A DNA stretch of 63,538 nucleotides. Source: Octopus bimaculoides (Eukaryota). Numbering within the stretch: the stretch's first letter is position 1; each line of letters opens with the position of its first letter. The translations under genes and the position numbers were made by a program. Under the pieces are notes generated by a model, which was not told the DNA's origin, ran no database searches, and saw nothing but the letters and a program-made list of their open reading frames with translations. The stretch spans positions 32,228,232 to 32,291,769 of the forward strand of contig NC_069003.1 in NCBI RefSeq assembly GCF_001194135.2, in the 5' to 3' direction. Shown in pieces: positions 50,260-62,420 of the stretch.

Positions 50260-50988
50260 ATATCTGCATTTTCAAGATGATAGGATGTGTTTGCAGGAAT
50301 ATTTGCCTGGTACGTTTAGTAGGTCAAGTGACCACATAATATTTCTCTTATTCATTGGTTTATCTTTTATATTGTTGTTATTGAAAGGGTTTCATAAGAA
50401 ATCTATACTACACCCCCCCTCCACTCACACAAACACACACACAAGCTATTATTTTTTTTTTCTCATAAGCAGCGACAGCTTTTTTTTTTTTTTTTGGTTT
50501 CTGTCAATAAATTCATGGTTGTTTGTTTTTGATTTTGTTCTTGTATTTTTTTTATATCTTTATTCAGATTATTTGTTTTTCTTCTTTTATTTGTCCTTTT
50601 TTTAATGTTGGATAATAGATTTGTTTCGTTCCAAAATACACAATGTTTACATATCTTATGAAACGTATGTCCTTTCAATGTTTTCCATTCACATTCTGCT
50701 ATTCATTCTTGGTTATTTTGTAAGAAAAATGTTTCTCTTCTGTATTATCATTATGCATACAGCAGCTTCGGCAATTGTTTATTCGTTTTTCTGAACACTC
50801 ACTGCGATATGACTTCTGTAAAAATATAAAATGGTAAAAAAAAAAGTTAAAAAAAGGTAATAATAATAATTTCAACAACAGCAAAATGAAAGAACAAACA
50901 TTACATACAAAACTTAATTATAAATCATCTGAATATTTTGTGTGTATGTATGTATGTATGTATGTATGTATGTATGTATGTATATATG

Positions 50989-51037
<49 letters not shown>

Positions 51038-52149
51038 ATTATTATTATTATTATTTTCTTTAATATATAATATGATATAATATATGCTAATCTTTTGAAA
51101 ATATCTTTTCTCTTATCACTTTTGTTATATTGAATAAATTTCCTATGAATTAATATATACTGAAAAATATAATAAATAAGCGCACATACACCCCTCTCAC
51201 ATACACATACACAGACACACCAAAAAAAAAAAATAAATGAAAAAAAAAACAATTCAAAGAAACAAATATTAAGGATGGTGGTGGTGATGATGACGATGAT
51301 GATGATGATGATGATGCAAGTTTCTGACACAAATTTTCTTAGAAATATATTGCTTTCATCTCACCTATTCACCAGTTCAGTTGATTCCTTCTATGGTAAA
51401 ATGATTATATAAATCAAAATTGGATAACAGAAAGAATTAGTATTTTGATGTTTTGAATTAAGTTGGATTGATAATGAAAAGAATATTTATTTTCTGAAAG
51501 AATTTATGTGGAAAAAAAATTCAAAGATAAATAAATATAAAGGAGATTGGTTGTTTGAATGGTTGGTGGTGGTGTGCCGGGGAATGTCTAGCATTCCAAG
51601 AAAAACAACACTCCCTCCCCACCACCACCACTTGTCACACATCCTACTTTATGATCAGTCTGCAATACTGACTTTCATTGTGTCTCCAGAGAAAGAGAGA
51701 CAGACGCAGACAGACAGACAGAAAGACAGACAGCATGTTATTTTACAGGCTGGCTTACATTTCACCTCGTAATCAAGAACAGAAGTACTAGATCTGTGGG
51801 ACTATTATCTCAGTTACTTAAATTTGTTTGTGGTTTAGTTAGGAAAAAAGGGCTGGATCAATGATCCTTGTAGGCACAGCAAAACTAGTGACCTCTGTGT
51901 GTGTGTATTTACATAATGTATTATTGTTGTTTTGCATACATTTTTTTTTTCATGCCAGGATGAGTTATATGGCATTGTTCCAACACAGTGTCTTGCAGTA
52001 TGTCACTACCCTTTGACATATGACACATACAAGATCAAAACAGAGAAAACTGCCAATCTTTTTTTGCATGCCATGGTTTTACTGCTATGATTTTGCAGAT
52101 AAATATCTCTTACATCTAATACTGTCATGGTAAAGGTACAGATGTATCT

Positions 52150-52286
52150 GTGTGCTAAGAAATTTGCTTTCCGACCACATGGTTTCAGGTTCAATCTCAT
52201 TGTATGACACTTTGGGCAAGAGTCTGCTACCATAGCCTTTGTGAGTAGATTTGCTTGATGGAAACTGAAAGAAGCCTATTATATAT

Positions 52287-52342
<56 letters not shown>

Positions 52343-52595
52343 GTGTGTGTATGTGTGTTATTAGCACTTTGCCTTATCATTGCTGGATTGTTGGAAATAA
52401 GTATCTCCATCATGCAAGCAGTGTCTTTCATTCTCAATCTTTCATGAAAACATGCCTGGTCATGGGAAAAATATTACCTTGCTCGGAAACAGGTGAGGGT
52501 TGGCAACAGGAAGGGCACCCAACTGTAAAGTATTTGCCTCAAAAGTTTTGTCCGAATCATGCAAACATGGAAAAGTAGACATTAAAATGATGATT
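52150..52595 (+). mobile_element. Composite SINE, B head + E tail
   Basis: CCGACCACATGGTTTCAGGTTCAATC...GGAAACTGAAAGAAGCC-(AT)n-...AAACAGGTGAGGGTTGGCAACAGGAAGGGC...CATGGAAAAGTAGACATTAAAATGATGAT. Confidence 0.85.
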
Positions 52596-53559
52596 GTAAA
52601 ATCGATATAAAAAATATAAAGCATAAAATCTTATTCTTTCATTGGTCTGATCAACTAATGATGAAGATAACGTAATTTCCTTAAGCATTTCGTCAAGGGT
52701 ATATAAAATGCATACAGCTTGTAGTGTAAAGGGATTAGTTATGAGAAGTCAGTAAAACAATGTTAAATAGTGGAAAAACTGGAAGAGAGTGGTCCCTGCA
52801 AACTGCAGTAGGAGCAAGACATCTAGCAGGGTAGTAATTCTGAATTAAAACTGATACAGTGTAGAGTGGGTCTCTGCAACCACTAGGCAGTGGACTAGTA
52901 CCAAGCTGTGCTGAAAGAATGAGATTTTTTAATTTTATTTCTATTTTATTGACTATTGCAGTGTGCAGGGTATTTTTGCATTATATATACATGTATTATC
53001 AATACATGTATTATGTATGTAATAATTAGATTATATATTTTGCACTTTGTTGTGTTTTGTTTTGTGTACCAATCCATGGCACAAAAGAGGTTGGGAACTG
53101 TTTGAGTGGAAGAAATACTTCAGTCCTGAGAGACAGCCAGGGAATCTGTTAAAACCCATGGCAAAATCATGATATATACGAAGACAAAGACTGGCAGTTT
53201 CCTATTGCTGCTGTGTGTATCACATGACAAAGGATTGCAACATGTTGCGAGACACTTTGTGAGTAGATCCATATAGTTTATACATGCATAGAAACATGTA
53301 AAGCAGTGATGTAATGACGATGCAAACATTACATACATACATGCACACACACACACACATAGACATTAGATATATATAAATAAAATACTAGTATAGAATA
53401 TGGATTCACAGAAACATGTAGCTGTCACAATAACCTTCCCATTTGGAATTGGCTATTGTCTTTAGTAATCGGTTACTATGTAGTGTAATGTAAGGTGTCC
53501 ATGAAACTGGGAATTTAGCATTGTGATTGCAACCATTCTACAACCTTCTTCATGTAGCA

Positions 53560-53760
53560 TTGATTTCAGTATGCTGGTGCTGGTGCCATGTGAAACGCAC
53601 CCAATACACTCTGAAGAGTGGTTGGTGTTAGGAAGGGCATCCAGCTGTAAAAACCATGCCAAAGCAGAAAATGGAACCTGGTGCAGCTTGTTGCCATAAC
53701 AACTTCTGTCAAGCTGTCCAACCAATGCCAAGATGGAAGACAGACGTTAAATGATGATGA
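53560..53760 (+). mobile_element. Family D retroposon
   Basis: GAGTGGTTGGTGTTAGGAAGGGCATCCAGCTG...CAGACGTTAAATGATGATG. Confidence 0.85.
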
Positions 53761-54168
53761 ATAAATGTAAACTCATATGGAAAAATAAATCTATCTTCAC
53801 GTCTCACACTTAATGCTTTATATGTGTGTGTGTATACATATATATCAAATTATTAGCTAAACAATTGTTTCTTTTTTATATTACTGCTAATAGTTTCACC
53901 ATGATTTAGTTCTTCAGATAATGTTTCATGAACCACCTGTTTATCGTTTCTCCCTTAAACGGCAAGTGTAAATAATTTTTTTTTTTTACTATGTATGGTA
54001 TGCATTTTCATTTGCTGTTATTTCTATTCTTGTGTTTGTTTCAACATAGTTGTTTAAATATCATTGTATATGTGGTTTTGTGTCTAAGTATTCTTTTAAA
54101 TTGTCAGCTATATGCATACATGCATCTGTGTCATAGCATTTATTTGAACTGTTTAGTATATGTATACA

Positions 54169-54211
<43 letters not shown>

Positions 54212-54673
54212 TGTGTTGTTTGATGTAAACCTATGTGCATTTATTTGTTTACTAGGAGGTGCAAGCTTATGGTATGAAATACTTATTATTTTTCAGGAAG
54301 AGAGGTTAATTTAACTTCATTGCTTATAAAAAAACAAAAGAGAGAAAATAAATTAAAATGAAAAGGAAATGTGTGTTTAATTATGATTTCATTTTCTTTC
54401 TATTGGAATATCATTAAGGTTTATATGAGCAAACTTATTAATTTATTAAAGAAACAAGGTCACTCTAACTTTGTTATGTGCACAATACTATGTAAACAGA
54501 CAATAAAGAATGAAATTTAATATAAGAAAAGAAATATTTGATCTACTGGGTTTTCATGACACTTATTTTTATGTTGGGGCCTTAAAGAGAGTTATTTCTG
54601 TTGTGTCTGTTTAATATTTTGTTTTGACTTTTTTCTTCAAATATTACTAACATTTACCCAGGATGCAAAGCTA

Positions 54674-54897
54674 TATGAGGGGGAACTGAAAAGTTTCTGG
54701 CTTTAAGGGTACCACAAAAGGCCTGGCTGGAGGCCCAACCTTCTGAGTTCTTTTACAGGGTTTAGAAAAAATGAAGGACTGATGCAATAAGCGTGTGAAC
54801 CCGAGAGGCAGGGAATATGTTAAATAAAATCATAATTAACTGGTTCTCCACTGTTTTCTTTTACTCAAAGCCAGGAACTTTTCAGCACTCTCTCACA
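54674..54897 (+). mobile_element. Mariner-derived MITE, family H, complete
   Basis: ~31-bp TIRs TATGAGGGGGAACTGAAAAGTTTCTGGCTTT ... AAAGCCAGGAACTTTTCAGCACTCTCTCACA, preceded by TA. Retains transposase C-terminal codons. Confidence 0.9.
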
Positions 54898-55393
54898 GAA
54901 AACATTTGATTACTCTTGGTACCTTATTGAAGAGACATAATTTAATGAGCAGTATATTAGTATGCTTTGAAAACCCATGTATGGGTTGCTAGTTTAGTGT
55001 TTGATTTTCTTTGCAATGTTCTATGTACAGTTATGTTGATGAAGTCAGGAAACCTTAAATTGATTCTCAGCTTACTTATATAATCAAGGACATTTAACAT
55101 TAAGCAAAACAACATTGATTTTATAGGTATGACAATAAATCAATTTGAGAGCCAGCTTCATCTACATAATTATACATTTAGAGCGTAATAAAGAAAATTA
55201 CTCACCAAATTAGCAACACATTCATAAGGTTTTTTCATAAATAATATTATATTCCATTTAATTAAAGATGCAGTTGGTAGTCTGTTCAATAGTTTGTTGA
55301 AGTTTTCCTAATCAAATCTAACAGAGTTTTTTTATTGGGATTGGCTTGTAGATTTCAGCCTTGTTTTCACTGTACCAATCTTGATGATGTATT

Positions 55394-55618
55394 TTAATCC
55401 TTTAGCATTCAGATTACTTTCTGTCAAATCTAATGCATATTTATTCTCATTATTTTGAATTAATCAAGCATTAACTTATTGCTTCAATATTTTGATGATC
55501 TTATTATTTATTTTAAGAAGAATGACATATGATAGTTATGAGATGTTGGATCTGGTCAGTTTGAACATAGAGTAAAATATTTGGCCAGATAGAGATGGTT
55601 TCAATGCCAAAGTGTTAA
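55394..55618 (+). mobile_element. TTAA MITE family G, complete
   Basis: TTAA-TCCTTTAGCATT ... AATGCCAAAGTG-TTAA. Confidence 0.8.
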
Positions 55619-56398
55619 GAATTCCACTTCTGATTGAATTGCTAAAAGCACAGCAATTAGATTTCAAATTGGATGGAATCAAAATATTGTTCAGATTTTT
55701 ATTGTAGAGTTTGCTGAAATGCCTTCTTCGTTTACATTTGACTCTTATTCAAAGTTGTAATATATTACAAGTTGATGTCAATCAAGATATTGGCTGTGGT
55801 TGTCAAATCTTTGATGAGACCAACTTCAGTTTTGATCCTTCCTCACAGAACAATATAGTTAATTAGAAGTGCATTGTAATTGGCTTGAAGCATTGTGACA
55901 CGGATATAGAATAACAAATAACAAAGAAGGAGAGCTTCTAACAATGCAGAAAGGGAAAGTTGAGCAACCTTTATATATTTCAGGCATAAAGGCCTTTGGG
56001 CCTGAAATATATTCTAGTTAATTAGATGCCAGTGACATTATTAAGCATACATTCAAATTGTGTTATATTTTCTTTTAAAATGCTAAAAAAAAATTAAAAA
56101 AAAAAAAATCTGTTAGTGCAAATATATGTTTGTGTACAAGACTCAGTTCTCTCTGAACAGGGTACCAGCCCATTGCAGGGTTACCCTCCCACATCCCAGC
56201 TGTTATTGATACTTATTTTTAGCTGAGGGGACCGAATCAATGTGAAATGAAGTGGGGTTTTTTTCAAAGTCACAGTGCAGTACTCATTCTGAGAATCAAA
56301 CTCACAATCTAAAGATTCTGAATAATTCTGAACTGAACACCCAAACCACCCATCCATGCACCTTTACCTGTTAGCTAAATATATATATATATATATCC

Positions 56399-56620
56399 AT
56401 CATCATCAGCATCATTTAATATCGGTCTTCCATGCTGACATGGATTGGATAGTTTGACAGGAACTAACAAGCCAGAGGACTGCTCCAAACTCCACTGTCT
56501 GTTTTGGCATGGTTTTTACAGCTGGGAACCCCTCCCTACTGCCAACCACTTTATAGAGTGAGCTGAGTGCTTTTTGTGTGGCACCAGCACCAGTGAGGTC
56601 TGTTTGGCATAGTTTTTATT
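56399..56620 (-). mobile_element. Family D retroposon
   Basis: CATCATCAGCATCATTTAATATCGGTCTTCCATGCTGACATGG...GCCAACCACTTTATAGAG. Confidence 0.8.
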
Positions 56621-57119
56621 ACTGGGTGCTGTATGGCCATGTAACAACAGGTTTTTCTCTGGGCTATCAGTGCCTTCTTTTTCTTCTTCTCTGGCCTTTT
56701 TTCTCTATCTGATGAAGAGCCATGCACAAAACATCATTTATACTCTTTGAGCATCACTCTAATACATTCACTGTGTACGTTTAATTGACTTTTTTCTTTT
56801 CTTTTTTTGTTCTTGGATTTGCATAATGCTTTTGATCATAAACCTTTTCAATCAGGACTGACCTGAGGCAAAACTACAGTGCATTTCCATAAATGAGTTG
56901 CAAATGATATCAGCCTTGCCCCCTCATACAGACATTAATGTCTGGTTTAATTCTTTATTCTATTTACAAACAGACATCCTGTAATACCAAAGGATGTAAT
57001 GTAGTCTGCAACTATACACCTTAAAAGAGGGGGGAAATCACAGTGTTTGCCTTGGATCCTCGGTCTGTTCAGTTAGTATTGACTTGAAATGTCAACTTTG
57101 GTTTACAATTCATACACCA

Positions 57120-57335
<216 letters not shown>

Positions 57336-58084
57336 ATAAACGTATTTCCATACATCAGTTCTCTTACGCATGCACTGATGAACATTTACCCATGATTTTT
57401 ATTTCTTTTTTTTCTTCTTCTTCATTAATTTTAATGATTACTGCTTATCTTTTGCAGTATTTATACAATTAATATTTGATTAAAATATTTTCTAGTAATT
57501 GATTATTTCTTAAGAATTATATATATGTGTGTGTGTGTGTACATACATACAGTATTGACATGCTGATGTTTAATCGAATATCTTTTTTAGATTCTTCTTC
57601 TAGAACTTCAAAAAAATTATATTTTGATTTTTCTGATAGAGCAGTGTTAGAAATTTTTAGCAGTAAACTAATTCATATTTGGAATCAATTTAATACAACT
57701 GAATTATTATTAATGTTGTTGTTGTTGCTGTTCTGTTACATAGTATTGATGTTGTAAATGCTTTATGCCTCCTATTGAACCAAAACATGTGTTTTTGTCC
57801 CTTCTATGAAAAGTCATGTTATACTGTCCATATTTGTCCTTACTTTGTATTGAGGATTTTGCTGCAGTAGCAGCTGTTGTAGTAGTGATGGTGGCAGTGG
57901 TGATGGCTGTGGCAGTAGTTGGTTATCAGCTTCATAAATGTTATTTACTGCACCTCTGTGCTCCTCATGTGTGTACAATATAATTGCTTGGAGTTGTAGG
58001 ATTGTGTTTGTATTCCACATCAGTGTTGCTCTGTTGTGGGAGTTGGTTGGTTATTTCTGGAGATTATTTAAGTGTTTTCTGTGT

Positions 58085-58350
58085 TGTGCAAGAATATATC
58101 CATCCATCCACCCACCTATCCACCTTCTCTGCGCACTACTTTTGGGAGGGTCCTGGGAGTAGAGTCCTCAGGTATCTCCCCTGTTGGGTCCTATCAGAAA
58201 CAACTGCCATTACATTTTTTGGCTGGATTCCCAAGTGTGACTGAGTGAGACTATGGATATTATCCAAATGTCTCATTCTTGGTCTACCCCCAGGTCTCTT
58301 GCTGTTTTGCTTGACTTGAAAAATCCATCTTGCAATTCTTTCCTGCAATG
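58085..58350 (-). mobile_element. RTE-clade LINE 3' end with (GGAT)n-like tail
   Basis: ORF 58136-58348: ERIARWIFQVKQNSKRPGGRPRMRHLDNI...LGIQPKNVMAVVSDR...LLPGPSQK*, typical of RTE C-termini (KRP.GRPR.RW.D.I). Followed on the minus strand by GGTGGATGGATGGAT. Confidence 0.8.
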
Positions 58351-58844
58351 CAAATTGTGTTATTTTGTTGGATGGTTTGGGTTTCTTATGTAATGTGTGA
58401 ACAATGTTATGTCCTCATTGGCATCAAATGGTGATTGTGTAGAGAATGTACCTTGTAAGTTGTGTTATATTATTGAGTGGCAACTGTGTGAGTTGTTTGT
58501 GCTATAACAATAGATATTGACCCCGTAAGAAGGTGTAAGTGTGACTGTGTCGTAAAGAAGTTTGCTTCCCAACCCCTGGATTTGGATTCAGTCCCTCTGC
58601 ATAGCACCTTCGGTAAGTGACTAGACCCCTTCATTAAAAACTTTCCAGCCGTGATTGTCTATATTATTTTCAGACATAATATATGTAGGACAACATTATC
58701 TCATGTTTTTCTTTTTTACAGAGGGGTATGATTTTGATAGCAATTTAGTTGGTATTTCTAGCAAAGTGTGCAACTGCATAGTGACTCACACTACTTATGT
58801 CATTTTTGTGCAGCTCTAACTGAACAAACCTATTATCAGGTATA

Positions 58845-59115
58845 GTGCTGCTGGACTGGCTCCCGTGCAGGTGGCACGTAAAAAACACCTTTTTGAGCAT
58901 GGCCGTTGCCAGTACCGTTTTACTGGCCCTCGTGCCGGTGGCACGTAAAAGCACCCACCACACTCTCGGAGTGGTTGGCGTTAGGAAGGGCATCCAGCTG
59001 TAGAAACTCTGCCAGATCAGATTGGAGCCTGGTGCAGCCTTCTGGCTTGCCAGTCCTCAGTCAAATCGTCCAACCCATGCTAGCATGGAAAGCGGACATT
59101 AAACGATGATGATGA
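58845..59115 (+). mobile_element. Family D retroposon, young copy
   Basis: CpG-intact, ending CCAACCCATGCTAGCATGGAAAGCGGACATTAAACGATGATGATGAT. Confidence 0.9.
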
Positions 59116-59834
59116 TTCCAACTGTGACTATTCCACCTTTTTAATTCAGGATCTAGGACTACCATACTCTGATATGTCCTTCATTTTTTTTTAAAACCAC
59201 AGCCTTGTGATCTAAGAGAGTCGACTGGTGTTTCTACTGGATTGAGTGTTAACATAGAGGAACCTTCATTGGATCAAGCTAATTAAGCTTAATGGAAATT
59301 TAATTATCATAGGTTAAGCAGAAACTTGAAGTAATAATGACATTGTTAGCTTATTAGGCAATATTGGTGAAATATGATAGAAACTAATGAAAAAGGGAAT
59401 TTTGAAACAATTTATTTTCTGAGCAAGAGACGGGAAGGAGTGCACTTCTCCTAAAGCAGAAAACAGAAAGAAAAAATATTAATATTTATATCCAGGTTCT
59501 TGGATATTGCTGAGAGAGAGAGCATGATTTGAATTAATGTTGAAAATTGATTGTCATCTGAATATAGCCAGTGGATATTGTATCAGAATTTTAATGTCTA
59601 ACGTTGACTTGGTTATTTTGTATGAAAGCATGTATGTATATTTGTGCAGCTGTGTGTGTGTCTGTATGCATGTATACACACCTTATGTACACATATGTAC
59701 ACATGCCTACAGACATACTCATACACAGAACTATGTATGCATATGGGTGTATGCACACATAATGTGTGTATACATGTATATGTTTCTAAGTATGTATATA
59801 CACATGTATATATGTGTGTATATATAGATTTATA

Positions 59835-60110
59835 TGATGTGGCTGTGTGGTAAGAAGCTTGCTTCCCAACCACATAGTTCTGGGTCCAGTTCCACTGTGT
59901 GGCACCTTCGGCAAGTGTCTTCTGCTATAGCCTCGGGCTGACCAAAGCCTTGTGAGTGAATTTGGTAGACGGAAACTGAAAAAGCCCATCGTATATGTAT
60001 GTGTTTGTATGTTTTTGTGTGTCTCCCCACCATTGCTTGACAACTGATATTGGTATGTTTACGTCCCTGTAACTTAGCAGTTTGGCAAAAGAAACTGATA
60101 GAATAAGAGA
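59835..60110 (+). mobile_element. Composite SINE, B head + C tail
   Basis: GTGGCTGTGTGGTAAGAAGCTTGCTTCCCAACCAC...GGTAGACGGAAACTGAAAAAGCCCATCG-(TG/TA)n-CCCCACCATTGCTTGACAAC...GATAGAATAAG. Confidence 0.9.
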
Positions 60111-60280
60111 GATGAAAAAATATTAATCACTGTACTCAACTGATATTTATTGATACCAAAAGTATAAAAGTAAAGTTGATCTCTTTTGGTTGGAGTCACA
60201 GTGCAAAGAGCTGAAACTAATAGCACAAAGTATTCTGTCAATTGTTCTAGTGACCCTGCCAATTTATTGTATGCGTTAAT

Positions 60281-60634
60281 NNNNNNNNNNNNNNNNNNNN
60301 NNNNNNNNNNNNNNNNNNNNNNNNNNNNNNNNNNNNNNNNNNNNNNNNNNNNNNNNNNNNNNNNNNNNNNNNNNNNNNNNNNNNNNNNNNNNNNNNNNNN
60401 NNNNNNNNNNNNNNNNNNNNNNNNNNNNNNNNNNNNNNNNNNNNNNNNNNNNNNNNNNNNNNNNNNNNNNNNNNNNNNNNNNNNNNNNNNNNNNNNNNNN
60501 NNNNNNNNNNNNNNNNNNNNNNNNNNNNNNNNNNNNNNNNNNNNNNNNNNNNNNNNNNNNNNNNNNNNNNNNNNNNNNNNNNNNNNNNNNNNNNNNNNNN
60601 NNNNNNNNNNNNNNNNNNNNNNNNNNNNNNNNNN
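60281..60634. other. Assembly gap
   Basis: Run of N. Confidence 1.
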
Positions 60635-61022
60635 CAATTGTTGTTGGCACTCCGTCGCTTACGACGTCGAGGGTTCCAGTTGATCCGATCAACGGAACAG
60701 CCTGCTCGTGAAATTAATGTGCAAGTGGCTGAGCACTCCACAGACACGTGTACCCTTAACGTAGTTCTCAGGGATATTCAGCGTGACAGTGTGACAAGGC
60801 TGGCCCTTTGAATTACAGGTACAACAGAAACAGGAAGTAAGAGTGAGAGAAAGTTGTGGTGAAAGAGTACAGCAGGGTTCGCCACCATCCCCTGCCGGAG
60901 CCTTGTGGAGCTTTTAGGTGTTTTCGCTCAATAAACACTCACAACACCCGGTCTGGGAATCGAAACCGCAATCCTATGACCGCGAGTCCGCTGCCCTAGC
61001 CACTGGGCCATTTCGCCTCCAC
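60635..61022 (-). mobile_element. Young, near full-length tRNA-derived SINE
   Basis: Minus strand begins GTGGAGGCGAAA-TGGCCCAGTGG (A box)...GGTTTCGATTCCC (B box), followed by a ~300-nt body ending CCAACAACAA. Degraded homologues at 20275-20655 and 23880-24045. Confidence 0.9.
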
Positions 61023-62039
61023 ACACAACAATAACTGTTTGACATAATTCCACAAGCAAGTGATAGCTGGACACTGAACCAGTGTTTGTAAAGTAGATTC
61101 ATCTCCCTTAGTGCATTTCACACAGGCCCAGCTGATGGTCCCACTGAAGTCAGAACCTTGCGGTTGGAAAGCAAACTTCTTACAAACAGCCATGCCTGTA
61201 CCTATGAGCGAAGAATATTAGACATTGTCGAGAAAAACGAACTGGTCCATTTGAAGAAAAATACATTGTGGTATTTATTCCACCCATGTTGCACAGGCAC
61301 TCCCTTGCATCTTTCTCCATTGGAATTATTAATATATAGCAATTCACTAATTGGTTTGTCGGACACTTGTAACCAACAGTGCTATTAATATTTCAGCGTA
61401 ACTCTTTTGTGACCGGCCTGTTAGACACCTCTAACCAACTATGCTATTCTTCACAAATACACGATATGAAACAACTACAAATAAAATAGCTTACTGTAAC
61501 AATGTATATTAATATTTCAACATAACTCTGTGATTTAAGCTGCTGAAAGTAGTAAACATGCATGACAAGTACATGAAATATAGCAATTAAGCACCTTTTG
61601 TTGCTTTTATTCATTTGTTGAGTTAACACTTGTTAAAAGTTCTATCGTTGCGGATATTTTTCCACTTTTTCTGTTCATCTGCTTAATTTGTTCGTGACTG
61701 TGTTTCTAATGAAATACAACTGTCTGTGTCTTTCGATTAATGTTGAAAATAATCAAAGATTTGGAGACATTAAGGGAAATATCTAAGACGTTATTAAGAT
61801 AGTTATTTGGAACAGAACTTGACAAAAGATTCTTCTCCATAATATTATGATGGGAAGTTTGTATTTAAATATAAATACTTTGAAGCTAAAGAGTTTTGTG
61901 TCGTAAAATCAGGAGTTATCTCAGGTAGGTCGGTAATACTTAAATTTCTACCCCTTTTTCTGCATTGGTCTTTTACAGTTGTATTATTGCTTAGCCCTAG
62001 GTCATCCTCACCAAAAATACATATCTATATTTTATCTTC

Positions 62040-62134
62040 CTCTTGTTTCAGTCATTAGACTGTGGCCATGCTGGGGCAACACCTTGAAAAAGTTTTAATC
62101 AAATTAATCTTCACTCCAGTATTTATTATTATTA

Positions 62135-62169
<35 letters not shown>

Positions 62170-62420
62170 GAATAAGTAGGAAGATAAATTTTATTCAACG
62201 CATAGATACTGAACAGTATAGATATAAAGGATAAAATCCTTTTTTCCTTTTAAAAGCAGAAAAATTTGTTGGTAGCCAGCTATTATTATTTTTTTTTTTT
62301 TTTTTTTTTTTTGCTTTTGAAACTGGTACTTATTGTATCAGTCTCTTTTGCTGAACTGCCAAGTTACAGGGATGTTAACACAACAACACCGGTTATTAAG
62401 TGGTGGGTGGGGTGACATCC
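62040..62420 (-). mobile_element. Family C SINE module split by (ATT)n and poly(T)
   Basis: TTGTTTCAGTCATTAGACTGTGGCCATGCTGGGG ... CTTTTGCTGAACTGCCAAGTTACAGGGATG. Confidence 0.7.

Noticed and set aside
52117-52135. miR-8-like sequence TAATACTGTCA-T-GGTAAAG
   Set aside because: It needs an indel relative to miR-8, and no complementary 5' arm exists upstream to form a pre-miRNA.
55869-55889. miR-33-like GTGCATTGTA
   Set aside because: Only the first 10 nt match and there is no hairpin partner.
60950-61022. tRNA gene on the minus strand
   Set aside because: A and B boxes are present, but there is no closed acceptor stem and the sequence continues into a SINE body with homologues elsewhere.
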